The notes beneath the pieces are model-generated. The model ran no database searches and was not told where the DNA came from. It was given only the letters and a program-made list of their open reading frames with translations. A stretch of 64,000 nucleotides of DNA from Hemiscyllium ocellatum (taxonomy: Eukaryota). A program made the translations under genes and the position numbers. Below are positions 37,891 through 51,279 of the stretch, piece by piece (positions within the stretch are counted from its first letter, which is position 1; the number at the start of each line of letters is the position of its first letter). The DNA lies in assembly GCF_020745735.1 (NCBI RefSeq), contig NC_083408.1:100842484-100906483 (forward strand), given 5' to 3'.

Positions 37891-39085
37891 GCCTCATATT
37901 CTGAAGCCTGGTGGATATGCACTCTGAAAAAAGTACTATAACTTGAGTACTTTAAAAGACACTTGATTCTCATTCTGTACTATTTAAACGCCCTATTCCT
38001 ATGCTAGCCTACTTTTTTTTAAACTATTTAAATTCTGTAACACTTAAAGTATCTGTATCTTGGAATCCTGTATCTAAGGTGGCACCAAGAGACAACATTA
38101 CTAACTTTTTGCTGCATTCAATAGTGTGCATGTGACAATGGAGGCTATTTTATTTTTGTAGACTTCCTCTCAACCCTCCTCCAACGCCAGCACATCCTTC
38201 CTACAATTCTTAAAGGAATCCTGAACTAGGATTCCCAAGTTCCTTTGTGCTGCAGATTTCCAAAGCCCTTCTCCATTTGGAAAATTATCTGTATCTCTAC
38301 TCATTCTACTAAAGTGCATAACCTCTCACCTTCCCATCATATTCCATCTATCATTTCTTTACCCAGTCTCCCACCCTGTCCAAGTCACTCTACAGACTTC
38401 CTGCTTCCTCAACAGTACCTTTTCTTCAAATGTACCTTTGTGATAATGGCAAACCAAGCAACAATACCCTCCATTCCTTCATCCATATCAATGTATAACC
38501 CAAGTAGTTGTGTTATACTGACCCCTGCAGAACCCCATTAGTCACCAGCTGCAAAAACACACCTTTATTGCCATTCTCTGCCTTTTTCCGATCAGCCAAT
38601 CTTCTATCCATGCCAGTACCTTGTTCCTAACGAGGGATCTTATCTTATTTACCTTGTGTATCAGATCGGCTACTTAGAGCGAACATGACAATGAAAGCTA
38701 TTCAATTCTTCTCAACTTCCGCTAGACCCTCCTCCAACGCCAGCACATCCTTCCTTCGAGTCATGGTCCAAAACAGCTCTCTATATTCCAAATGTGGTCG
38801 GACCAGAGTCTTGTACAACCTTCTCATTTGATGAGTAAATATTTCTTCATTCAAAAGGGTAGTGAACCTATGGAATTCTCCACATGATTGATGGCAGCTT
38901 GTCAAAGATCACATCCATTGGCTTTGCTTTGTCTAACTTGCCAAGATTCAGAAGACAGTTGGTGGATTTTGAATTCAAAGACCATAAGGACATGAATTTT
39001 ATAAGAAAGAAACTGTCAAGGTTGGGTCCTGTTTGATAGACAGTGAGTAGCACAAAAAGCTTTTTCTTTGCTTAAATGTTCTCAC

Positions 39086-39180
39086 CTATGATTAGAGATG
39101 TACATAATAGGGACTCCTGGAATTTTTCGGATCCTCCTCTTGAGATCTCTGTCCACTGTCGCCACAATGTAACACTTGTG
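39086..39180 (-). CDS. FCF1: FCF1 exon 7
   Basis: [31 protein letters not shown](R); cag/gtgag boundaries. Confidence 0.97.
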
Positions 39181-40218
39181 CTGCAAATGTGAGCGTAAGA
39201 AAATGTGAAAGTTGCCTTTTGAAAAAAAAACTCTCTAATTATAGGCTTTGCACTTCAGGGTGGATGCGAGACAGTTGGGGGAGACACAGGTCAGATTTAC
39301 TAGAGTGCACCCAGGAATGAAGAATTACAAACTTTCTGGATAGACTGGAGAAACTAGTCTGTTCTCTTTAAAGTAGAGAAGGCCAACAGCAAATTTGGTT
39401 GAATTGTTTAAAATAGCACAACTTTTAGATAAGCGTCAATAAAGAGAATTATTTTTATCTAGTTGAAGCTTTGATACCAGGTGGCAAAAATTTAAAGGTG
39501 ACTGTTTGAAGATCTAGAGGAAATAAGGAAAAGACTATGTAGTGGTCGTCATGATTTGGAATGCAGAGCCTGAGAAGTTAGCATGTACAAATTCAATTGT
39601 TTTAAAATGGGAACAGCCAAATTAGTTGAAGGAGAAAAAAAGATTGCAGAAATATGGAGAAAAAAAAAATCAGAGGAGTACAATTAAGTGAATTGCTCTT
39701 CGAAACCGTCAGTTCAAACTCACCGGAGCAAAATACTTCTTTTAGCAACGTACTAGAATATGATTTTCTCCAACAGTTAAACTCAAGTTTGAGTACGGAG
39801 ACAGGACTCAAGAAGAAATACAAATAGTCTGGGCTACTGTTACAATCTTGCAAGTAAATTTAAGGCCTGAATGGACACAATTATAAGGTATGTCTCACAT
39901 TCACACCCCAATCTTGGATGTTTTACATCATCACAATTGGAATAGTAGTTTGGGGTGCTACCGTTGCCCTACTCCATGTTACACCCATTACTTAATAAAG
40001 TTTGCTGGGAACATACAAATGGACAGACAATGGGCAAGGTTATATTTCTCATGGCTACATATGAAGAATGGCCATTTATGTGAACTGCAAGACACTGGCG
40101 GTACTTGTAAAATAGTAGCCCAATGTCATTAAAAAAGGTAGATAAAGGTGGGGGAGAAACAACTAAAATGCTTATTTACCAAAATATTTTCAAAACAGTG
40201 AGTACATTTTTTACTTAC

Positions 40219-40306
40219 CTGTGTGACTCTCTGCACTAAACAATCATCAGCATATGTTCCTTTGTGTGTGCAAGGTAATCGCTCGAACCGTGGATCCTTT
40301 GCTATT
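40219..40306 (-). CDS. FCF1: FCF1 exon 6
   Basis: [29 protein letters not shown]; cag/gtaagt boundaries. Confidence 0.97.
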
Positions 40307-41365
40307 CTGGAAAAGTAAACAAAAATATTATAAATTCAGGAATACATTATGGTTTTCCAATGACTGACACTGAACATATTTCCAATTTCTTCTCTGTAGA
40401 TATTTTTGGCTTCCATGTGTTAGAATTATTCCTGTTGGTAAATCCTAGATTTCTATCTTCACTTGCCTAGACAGCGAGATAAATACTCAAGAGTTCTTCT
40501 GCAACACTTCAGGACAGGAGATCTCATGCTTAAAATATGCACAAGAATAGCTACTGCTTGCATTTTCAGTGCCTCAGGAACTCTGTATGTAACCCAATGA
40601 TTATGTTACTGAGCTAGTGAGCTGCACCTTCTGGGAGGATACTTACCAAAGAATATAGCTCGTGACAAGAATCTCTGTGTTGAGTCTTTTCATGTGGGAA
40701 GTTCTTGTGCCAAACCTACTAAATGTGGGATTCTGATTGACCAGAGTACTTTCCCATTCTTACTGCTAGTGGCAGGCACAGGAGAAGATTTACAGATTGC
40801 CAAGTCACCTTTCTGGCTACGTCATTCGGCCTGTTTGAGGGCACGGTATCTTCCATGACCATCAAGTCCTAATGTGGGTCTTGAATCCAGAGCTTTTTGC
40901 TCGGAGAGAGAAAGAGAGATGCTACCCACTGCATTTTGAAAACTCCTGCCAGCAAGCTCGAGGCCTGCGCAAATGATAGAAATGGGTATTTAAATGCCAC
41001 CATTGTAGATGCAGAATTCAAGTTCAGTCAATTAAATAAACGTGGAATGAAAAACGAGTATCTTTAAATGGTTAAACGCAACTTGCCCATGGGAACACCA
41101 CTCCAAATTTCTCTACATCCTGACTTGGAAATTGATTCACTGTTCAGTCAAGATCTCCTAAACAGTGTACTTTCACAATATGGACTGCAGTTGTTAAAGA
41201 AGTGGCTCACAATGACCATCTCAAGTGCAAATGGGCATGAGTAATCCATGCGGACCTTGACATCATCTTTCTCATCAAATGAATGATTAAAAAGTATACT
41301 TATTCCTGGCTGAATATCTGAATTACAGTGAATCATTGATGAACCGGTTTGAGAAGTTGTTTTAC

Positions 41366-41438
41366 CTTAGCGCAACTCTGTACTTCTGTCCCAGCTTCTC
41401 AATTTCTGCCATCACACAGTCCGTGATACAGGGAACAC
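41366..41438 (-). CDS. FCF1: FCF1 exon 5
   Basis: CVPCITDCVMAEIEKLGQKYRVAL(R); tag/gtaa boundaries. Confidence 0.97.
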
Positions 41439-42275
41439 CTAGAGAAAATTCAGGTGAGGTCACATCTTTTATCCTATGCTTTATTTTATTGTGAAAATTC
41501 TGATGCTCCTTCTCTCTTTAAACCGAAAGCATCCTTGCCAGCTGTGCCCATCTTACAAGAAGTACTTAACAGATAGTTTTGTCCAATTCTTCACAATTTT
41601 ATGGAAATAATCACTTGCAGTTAACTCATGAAAGAACTCCATCCTTTAAGGAAAATGAACAAATTCATTTTCCATTTCTGTATGTGTGGTCTGTGGTTGG
41701 ATATGTGTGTATGTCTCCCAGTTTCGTTCTATCTGTATGTTTTGTTATCGCACTCTTGCCTGTTGTATTTTAAGTTTCTCTATACCTACAATGCTGTTAG
41801 GAAGTGACTTCCAGGATTTTGACCTGATGACAGTGAAGGAGCGACAATACAGTTCCAAATCAGAAGGGAGTATGGCTTGTATGGGAGCTAGCCGGTGGTG
41901 ATGTTCCTATGAATCTTATGACATTGTCCTTCTAGGTACTACAGCATGTGGGCTTGGAAAGTGATGTTACAGAAGCTATGATGAACTACTGCAGTATATC
42001 TTGTCGATGGTGCATACTACCTGTTGATGGTGGAAGGAATGAAGAATGTTGAAGATATTGGATAGACTGACAACAAAGTGTGGTCTTTCTTGGATAGCAT
42101 TAAACTTCAAGTGTTTTTTGAGCTGCTGTCATCTTGGCAGGCAGAGAGTATTTCATCGTTCTTCATTTCTGCCTTCACACCTCCCCCCCCACCCCACAGG
42201 ATGTTGACAATGGGACATTCAGCAACGTTTATGCCACTGAATGCTATGAGATACTCATTCTGTAGATCTCGTGTA

Positions 42276-43262
42276 TCATATTGCATCTGTCTTTCTGTCA
42301 CCTCCTTTGTGTCCTCAAGCATCCATTTTCCAGTCATAATATAGACTAGTGAGTTTTCTCTTGCTTGCGTGCATTTCTGATTCTCTCTCTGTTCTTATGA
42401 TTAGTAATGGGGAGACTAGGCACGTCCCAATATCTGAAATTTTGAACATGGGGATAATTCTCAAAGAAGCAAAAGCTGGCATCTTTTGCCACAAGGTGAA
42501 AAAATCAAGATCCAGAATGTCATGTGTGAGATATGCTGCATGGAAGAAAGGAGGTGAGAGGTGTAAAGTGTTTAAATGCAAAAGCGGTCTATTCATTTCC
42601 AAGTACAGATCAGTTAACAGAAATTGTACAGATTATGTTCAAGTAAACAAGGCAATTCAGAAAAAAATCCTAGGCTGTAGAAGTAGGTTCTGATAGTATC
42701 GCCTTGCTTCTCTTTCTTCAACATTCAGCATCTGCTTTGCTCTCAGATTGAGTGTTGTGCAATACTTTTGAATTGATTGTACCTGCTGCAGAATTCACAG
42801 CTCAAATTGCAAAAAAATTAAGAAAAACTTTTCTTTTGCTCTTGCCCATTGCCAACAATCGCTTTCTTAAAATACCTTTTTTGCAATTTAAGCTATGAAC
42901 TCTGCATCAGGTGCAATCAATTGAAAAATACTGCATACTTCGTTTGTTTTTACATCTCTCACCTCCTTTCTTCCATGCAGCATATCTCACCTGATCTCAC
43001 ACATAACATTCTGGATCTTGATTTTTTTTTAATCTTTTGGCAAAAGATGCCAGCTTTTGCTTCTTTAAGAATTATTCCCATTTTCAGAATTCAGGCAATG
43101 GGACATTCCTATTCTCTCAATTACTAATTGCAGAGAGAGAAAAAGAGAGAACGCGGAGAATTAGACATGCATACAGACATGAGAAAACTCACTAATCTAC
43201 ACTATAATTGGAAAATGGATGCTTGAGGACATAGAAAAGAAGCAAAGATAGATGCAATATGA
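42276..43262. repeat. Long nested inverted repeat in FCF1 intron 4
   Basis: Outer arms 42276-42567 and 42949-43262; inner arms 42757-42816 and 42877-42936. Confidence 0.85.
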
Positions 43263-43439
43263 CAGACAAGGGATTTGGGTAGTTGATAACCTGCATTACC
43301 CTTTAGCATTTAAAAAAGTTACCTTGCAGCTAAAGATGTCTCTGAGATTTCGCCCCAACGTCAAATTCCACTAAAGTTTATGTAACATTTTGAAATTCCG
43401 CTAGTTCATCTCCTTCATGCAAATAAATGGAGCAGACAT

Positions 43440-44390
43440 AGAAACAAAGAGCAACTGTAGGTCACCCAGCTCCTTGAACATGCCCTGCCATTCAATAAGA
43501 TCACCAGCTGATATTATTATTTGACATTCCTGCATATCCCATTAACCTTTCACCTTATATTGAATCTCTCTCTGCCTTAGAAGTATTTAATAACTCCATT
43601 TCCATCATCATTTGAGGAAGAGCATTCCAAAGACTTATGAACGTCTGTAAGAAATAATTTTTCATCATTCTTGTCTTAAATGGGCAATTTCTTATTTTTA
43701 ATTAGCAATATCTACTTCTAGAGATTTTCCCACAAGGAAACATTCTTTCCACATACACCCTGTCAAGCTCCCTCATGATCATTTATGTTTCAGTCAAGTC
43801 GCCTTTTATTATTTTAAACTTCAGTGGGTATAAGCCTAGTCTGTTCAACCTTTCCTCAGAAGACAACCCACCTATTCAAGGTCTTAGTCTAGTAAAGCTT
43901 CTCTGACTTTTCAAAGCACTTACATAGTTCCTTAAATTAAAAAAAGACCAACAAACTGTACAAAGTGCTCAAGATGTGATGCCACTCATATGGCTGAAGC
44001 ATAATCTTCCAACGTTTGTATTCAATTCCCTTTGCAATACGTGATGATATTCCATTAGCTTTGCAAAACCCTTGCTCTACTTGCATATTAAGCTTTTGCA
44101 ATTCATGCACTAGGACATCCCGATCCCTTTGCACTTTAGAGCTCTGTAATCTCTCACTAGTTACATAAGATGTTATGTTTAAATTTAGAAACTTCCTTTC
44201 CTATTTGTGTTATCAGTAAATCTAATAGCTGTCCCTTTATTTCAATTTTAAAATGTTAAAGATTGAGCACTGATCCCTGTGGCACACCATTTGTTACACT
44301 GTTGTAAGATATAACAAAGTGACTCATTTGCCCCATTTTCTGCTTCCTGTTAGCTTGCCAATCTTCTATCCAGTGTTAACCCTGACACCA
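43440..44390 (-). mobile_element. Decayed CR1 LINE fragment
   Basis: QRDRDVLVHELQK...KANG...IAKGIEYK on the - strand. Confidence 0.7.
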
Positions 44391-45235
44391 ATTACACATA
44401 CAGACAGTTGTTGACATTCAATTTTGCCTGTGTGAAAATACTCAGTCTGTAGATTCAAGATCAACTAAGCTGTACAAAGCAGAAATATTTGGGAAGCAAG
44501 ACCATTAGGATGTCAAAGACAACAGTGCAGCTGTCCAAAGCTGTGCTGACAGTCAACACTAGCTGGAGGAGGAGCTACATTGTTGACCCCTTGTTTTAAA
44601 CTATGAATTCTGCAGAAATGCTCTTGTCATTGGAAGCACTTCATTGTAATAGGAAAAAGACAAAAAAAAATTCAAAACATGCTGATAGGGTAAACAATAA
44701 ATGCAGCATTCTCCTGTATCTGCAAAGGTGTCCTGCAACTGATCCCATAGATAGTAATACAAGCTCAACTAAAATCCCAAACTCTTACACTACTGATTCT
44801 ACAGTGCACTGTTCTTCGCCAGAGTTCCATCTTAGGACAGAGATGAGAAATGCCCACAGGAAAAGGCATTCAAGGCATCGTCACTTTCTCCAAACTGGTA
44901 AAGGCACTTGAAGTTAGCAAAGATCAGGTAGATTAGAGTATTGGTAAGGGAAGAAAACAAAATTGATATCCTCATCTAAACCACTTTATCAGACTTTTGA
45001 ATGTACCTCTGTAAGGTTAATGTTGATCTCATTCTGCATCTTCTTAGCAGCTGTTACTCTAATGCACTTATATAGTACAATCTGCCTGTAAAGTACATTG
45101 ACAACACTTTTCACCATACCTCGGTACACGGGACAGTAACAAATCAAATCAAAATAATATCCAGCATAAAGGAAAGATAACAGAACAGATACATAAATAA
45201 TTATATTACATACTAGGTAACTGACAAGCACTCAC

Positions 45236-45384
45236 ACTTTGCATACAAGCAGTCCATCATCGATTGAACAATGTCCAGCTTAGTCTTGATGGAGAAGTTG
45301 ATGAAATTGGTGTCAACCAGGATATAATAGGGAGGGCCCAGCTGTGTGTTATATTGGAAAAACAGGCAAGAAGGATACTTGACC
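45236..45384 (-). CDS. FCF1: FCF1 exon 4
   Basis: [49 protein letters not shown], containing the PIN-domain DTNF motif. Confidence 0.97.
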
Positions 45385-45928
45385 CTAAGAAAGTAACAAG
45401 AAAAGTCTGTAATTTCTCAAATGATTAAATGTTATTTTTAATGTATTTAATTAAATAAGATTATCACATTTGCTAAATTTTGCAAGTAAACAAGGAATGT
45501 GTAAAAATGCTTTGTAGACATATTTATCTATGAATGAACAGTGTGAACATTTTCAGGTTCTCAGAATTCCCACTTAGCTAATACCATATTATGCAGTACT
45601 TTACCCTGTTATCAGATGCTGCTAGCCCACCATGCAATACACAATCTTTTGGTCAAGAGAAAATTTCACCCTATTCTGTACTCTTTCTTCTTTCTACTTT
45701 AGTTATTAAGAAGGCATCACCTCATTTTTCTATCAAACTCCTTGTCAAAATTATTCAGATGACAATTTGAATCAATCAGCTGTTAAGGAATAAGCCTAAT
45801 GTGCAGTATGTGACCAACACAAGTAATGATGTGGCAAGCTTTCATGTTGGTTTGCCTACCATGCGAAAGTCAAGCATCCATTACATAACTGAAAGGGTCC
45901 TGAGATTTGAAACAAGAGATAGTTATTT

Positions 45929-46397
45929 ACGTCATTTATAAAATACCTTGCAAGAACTGTATCAAACACTAGGTTGGACAAACAGGCAGATAACTAGCCA
46001 CCAGGATACATGAACATCAAATAGCCACAAAAATACATGACCCACTATCACTAGTATCCTTGCGTACAGATGAGGAAGAACACCACTGACTAGGACAACA
46101 CAAGCAGAGACATGCTTGAGAATTCCTGGAAGCAATGCATTCCAACTACAACTATCAACAAACACGTCGACTTGGACTCCTTGACCATCCCCTGAGAAAA
46201 AGAAGAGGAAGTGACATCACCAACCCAAGGAAACCTAAACACAAATAGAAAGCGAGACTTAACACCAGTGCTTCACCAGAGGCCCACTGATGATGGTACC
46301 TAGCATGGTGACAAACGTCTGAAAACATTTCAGCTCAACAAGCAAACTTATATCCAGAACCTCAACCTGAGCTACAAATCTTCTCAAAACTCGCTAA
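45929..46397 (+). mobile_element. 5'-truncated Penelope/Poseidon-type PLE 3' end
   Basis: VIYKIPCKNC GIY-YIG remnant, hammerhead-like ctgatga...aaacgtc, tail gagctacaaatcttctcaaaac. Confidence 0.8.
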
Positions 46398-46943
46398 TTT
46401 GGAATAAGAGCTTGAAGCTAGGTAGTGTGATCAGACCCTTGGATGTGTAGGGAAGGTACCTATCATAATTCCAACAGGTTTGGTGTAAAGATGGGTAAAG
46501 AATAAAAACTCATTGAACTTAAAGATGCAGTTCAGTCATTAGGTGTTGGGATGTGGATAGCACTACAAACCAAAGCAGAGGTACTAACTCCTAACTAGAA
46601 AAGCTCCTAAGTGGAAGAAAGCCACCCTTGATCTCGAGGGACTGACTAAGAAGCGATCGAGAATGAGCAAATATTGCCCAAAATCCTTGATGCAGAATGT
46701 TGATGATTCAATGTACTACTGCAGTTATTCAGCAATGAATCCCTAAGTTGTGAAACGAATTAATAATCATTATAAAGTGAAAATTTTGATAAGCAAGCTT
46801 TACTTTGACAAGTACAGAGAGTGCTCATTGCTGTTTGCAACACAGACAGCACAGATACATTCCATTCCTCATATTTATTCATTTTTAACAATATAAACTG
46901 CTAATTTAAACATATAATCTGTAAAGCTGAGTTCCATACATAC

Positions 46944-47015
46944 ACTTCTTTGATTTTCAAAGCACTGGGATCATCCTTAATTTTCTTCTGTGGTTTTGCT
47001 CTGTCTTTTTCATTT
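46944..47015 (-). CDS. FCF1: FCF1 exon 3
   Basis: NEKDRAKPQKKIKDDPSALKIKE(V); cag/gtatgt boundaries. Confidence 0.95.
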
Positions 47016-48148
47016 CTGGAAAAAGACAAATGATATACCTTGTATCATTTCCTCAGGGAAATAATGACTAGTAGTATGAAGGTGCTGAATTCACAATTTG
47101 TATCAACTGCCATCAGTTGAAAGCAAGAAATCTCTTAAAAACTTCGAAGTTAGAAACATTCCGTCAACCTTTTCACAAAAGTGCTTACTGTAGTTTCACG
47201 GGCACCAGCCATCATCATCAAACACAAGTAGCTGATATTCATGTAAGAAACTTGACAGGAAATGTCAAATCATTACTTGCTTACAAGGTCATTACAGCTT
47301 AATCAATATCCCCCTTTCCCTACCCGACTACTTAGCTCAAGGATTAGCAATCTGAAATAATTTTCCCTCTTTCAACAGATCAAGACAAATTGCAGGGATC
47401 TTATTACTGTTCCTAACAAGATCCAACGACTTGGAATGGATGGAGGATTAAGGTGAGACTTTTCTGCTCTGAATCGAGGAAAGCTGTGACTTGCATTTTG
47501 TGACTTAAAGCAGGGGTCAAAACAAGGATAGTACCTTGTCATTTTGCCAGCAATTTTAAGAAATACAATACCTATAATAATTTTCATAGGAACTGAAAGA
47601 GTATAAAAAGCTCTTCCCGTTCATATGGCAACAAATTTTAAGAGAATATTAAGTGTTTAGACTAGTTCTGATGACACTACTACTTTTCAGGTCGAGTGGA
47701 ATAGTAATAATGTCATTGGACTGGTATTTCGGATTCTCACCAAATACATTAGGGACATGGATTGAATTGCTATCAAAACAACCGATGAATTAAATTCAAG
47801 TAACAGAACCTGAAATTTAAAGTTTGTGTTAATGACTGTGAAACTTTTTTTTGTAAAAACCAATCTGGTTCACTATTATCATTTAGGGAAGAAAATCTGC
47901 CATCTTTACCTAATCTGCCTATCTATTACTCAGAATTATAGCAATTTGGTTGACTTGAAATGTTCTTGAAAGTCACTCAGTCCAACGTAATAAGGAATGG
48001 GCATTAAATGCTGTCCTTGCCACAAACAGTTACATCCCATGAAAGAATATTTAAAAAGAGCAATACAACAGAGCAGCAGAAAAATAGCAAACATTAGGCT
48101 AGTCAATCCTTTTAAGTCTCCTCTAGCCTTAATTGAAAAAAAACTTAC

Positions 48149-48216
48149 ATTCGTGAATCTCGCAAACTAATCATTCGCTTCATGACTGCATATTTTCTAG
48201 TTTTCTTTGCTTTTCC
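48149..48216 (-). CDS. FCF1: FCF1 exon 2
   Basis: GKAKKTRKYAVMKRMISLRDSR(I); cag/gtaagt boundaries. Confidence 0.95.
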
Positions 48217-49463
48217 CTGAAAAAACAAAATGAAATTTTAAAAAGGCCCAAATGGCACATGCAAACAGTAATAATGTCAACAGCCAGATATCAAAGCACA
48301 AGAATAAAATTAACAAGTCAATTGCACGCCCAATTTGCCTCCTGATGAACAATGTGCTAACTGTAAGCTTAACTTTGAATTGTAGTTACATAATTAGAAT
48401 AAGGATGCTCCATAGAACATCCATGAATATATTTTTCACCAATCAACTGAAAGTGATACCCTTTGATTCTTGACCCTGATATATTTCTTCAGATATCCAT
48501 AAAGTATTAGCTTATACAAAAAGTATTAGCTTTCCAAAAGTGTTATTTACAGTAGAAATATTCTCCATTTTATCTGGACTGCAACCATCTTAAATGAGGC
48601 ACAGAATGTTTAACATAAATTGAGTGTGTTTGGGCGAAGCCAACAATTTGAGATTTTATTCTGATGGAATTACTATGTGGAAGAGTAGGGTCACCAACCA
48701 TCCCATATTTTACAGGATCATTTTTATTTCGTTGTCCTGCATCTCATAGCATTTCCTCCTAAAACAGTTGGATTGCTGATATCCTTGTGCTTTTTGTAGC
48801 TTAGTCAAGGTATTTGTTATTTCACTCAAATCTCACCCCACGAGTTGCTCATGCTGGAGAGAGGAAAATGAGACCAACTCACTCCCACCTGATCATCCTG
48901 AAGATAGGGAATGAAATCCTCCCCTCAAAAATAAGAATTGGGACATCCTAGGGACAGGGGAAAGAGATGAGTAGCCTGAGCTCAGATGGATGGGTACGAC
49001 CTATTAACCTCAGCAGAGAGTTCGGTGTCTTGGGGAGGGGTGAGAGGCGCAGATTTAAAGTGATTGGTAGACAAATCCGAGGACAGATGAGGAAAAAAAA
49101 AGGTTTCACCCAAAAGGTGATAGTGAATGGAGGCAGAAATCCTCAACCCATTCCGAAGGAGCCATGGGGATGCACCTCAAACACGGTTAGCCGCAGGGCC
49201 ACTGACCAAACGCTGGGGAGGAAAGGTAAATTGCTGGAGAAACTCAGCAGGCTTGGCGGCCTCTGTGGAGAGAGTTCAGGGACCCTCCTTCAGATGGGGA
49301 TGGGAGGTTGGGCAAGACAGCTCGCGATGGGCCAAGTGGCCTCCCCCAGCGCCGGAACCGTTCTGCGGCTCGAAACAAAAACCCTCTCGTTGCCGACAAA
49401 ATATCCACGAAACGAAAGGCATTCCCCACACGGACAGCCCAGACCGCTCCTCCTCGCCGTTAC

Positions 49464-49466
49464 CAT
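49464..49466 (-). CDS. FCF1: FCF1 exon 1 coding part (ATG only)
   Basis: aacATG|GTAACG in a CpG island. The exons sum to 597 nt = 198 aa plus stop, the length of human FCF1. Confidence 0.85.
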
Positions 49467-49625
49467 GTTGTCGTCTTCGATGCTCCGGGTGGGCGATCAC
49501 GTCATCGGGTAAGCGCCGGGCAGAGACGTCATCAGCGTAGCGACCGGCTTCTTCCAGCTTCCGGTTGCTACAGGGTCCCTAGGAACAAGATGAAGAGGGA
49601 GGACCAGTGGAGGTGGAGGGCACAG
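49467..49625. promoter_or_regulatory. Bidirectional CpG promoter FCF1/AREL1, including the putative first + strand exon (donor CAG|GTTAGT at 49625)
   Basis: Two acgtca CRE half-sites and an ETS motif cttccgg at 49558-49564; divergent splice donors about 160 bp apart. Confidence 0.65.
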
Positions 49626-51279
49626 GTTAGTGTCTGTCGTAGGCGTGGTACTGAATCTTAATCAAACGCTCACCGTAACAAGTTAAGGGAAGGTCGAAAC
49701 TCTCGCAAAACTGCTGTTTTGTGTCAGCTGCTGGCTGGAGTTTGTTTCTTTTTTCAATCGTGAAGATGATCTTCCTTATTTAACAATAGTTACCTTCCTC
49801 TCTTTCTCACGAATGTCAAAACAGCGGAGTATTTGCGAGGGACAAGAGGTGGCACGATGGCCTCCTTTGATTGATTTTGTGATACTGTTTTAGAACTTAA
49901 TGGGTTAGTTCAACAATCAGATTGATGGGAATTTGGGCCAACATTAGTAAGAATCGGATGAATGAACTAAAAAGGATCAGGTGTAATCCTTTAACAACGA
50001 AGTGCTGCAAATTTAGCGAGAATTAGGAAACATCCTGAAGAACAGTTGAACTGAGTGGACGTTTCTGGAGCGGAATAGTAATTGTTGTACTCAGTTTCCT
50101 CGTTGAGAATGCAGGTATTTTATGTAGCTATAGAGTTCCTTTTTTGGTAAAGGGAAGTTGAAAACCTATTAAACGTTTAAAAAAAACTCAAACTAGCCCT
50201 GTTCCCAAATAATTTATTTAATAGTCGAAAATGCAGAGCCACTGGGTAATTATAAATTTTAAAAGAATGAAAGCTTCTTGTTCACTCGGTTTAATTTACT
50301 CTACTTTTCTCGCACTGGCAAAAACCAATAGGATTAGATAGATCTAAGAATTAAAGCTTGAATGTTATTGCGATGCAGGATGACGAGAGGAATGTGGGTT
50401 CCATTCAGCCATATTGGCTGAAGTTATCAAAAAGAACCCATCTCAAACTCTTCCCTCACCTGAGGTGTCATGACCCTCTGGTTAAACTGTCATCAACCCT
50501 CTTTGATGAGAGGAGCCTGATGGTCCAACAGAACTCTGGTGATGTTACCTTTGCATTAAACAAACTAGACATAGTTTTTTTTTGTTGATGTTTCAGGCTT
50601 ATGGGGAGCTAGATTGAGAGTGTATGAACTAATTTTGTGTAGCTGTTATGATCAATCAGGAAGGAATTTATCTGATCAGTGAAATGTCTATTTAGGTCCA
50701 CTTTTCAAAGGGAAATATTGCAGAATAGTGCACTTCTCAAATTTCACTCCTTTTTAAAAATATTTATTTTTATAAATAAAACTGGAAATGGTTTAGTTAA
50801 AGTTTGAACTCATTACTCTGTACTTTCGAAGATGTAATCAGTGCAGATTTTCCTTTTGAAGCACTTCAGTGCTGCAGCTTGGTTGTTGTAAATGCTTCTT
50901 CAAAATTTTGATGTAAGCTGCTTATGACTTATTGCCAATGAGCTGTCATGTATATTGAGCAGACTCTATTTTGTCAACATTTTCTACTGGGATGTGCACC
51001 ACCAAATTTCAAGTTTTGTAGTGAAGAAATCATAGATATTCTAAAATTATTTATTTAGCTGAATTTTTCTCAAATTGTGTTTTCTTTTTCGCAGAACAGC
51101 TTGAACGCTGAAATTAAAGCCATGAACTGCTGACAGATGCTCTTATTCTTTGTATTGTTCAGCCTGGAATCACAGCTATTGTTAGCAAACACAACAAAGA
51201 GGTGTGAGAAACTCTGTATTTAACTGTATTCTGAAACTCAGGGTTGCAGTATAATATTGTACTCATTTATGATGGCCTG

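Noticed and set aside
48687-48950. hAT-type MITE
   Set aside because: One end looks TIR-like, but the partner TIR and 8-bp TSD are not convincing.
48967-49661. Long ORFs around the FCF1 promoter
   Set aside because: CpG island plus CR1 and short-repeat remnants; no recognisable protein.
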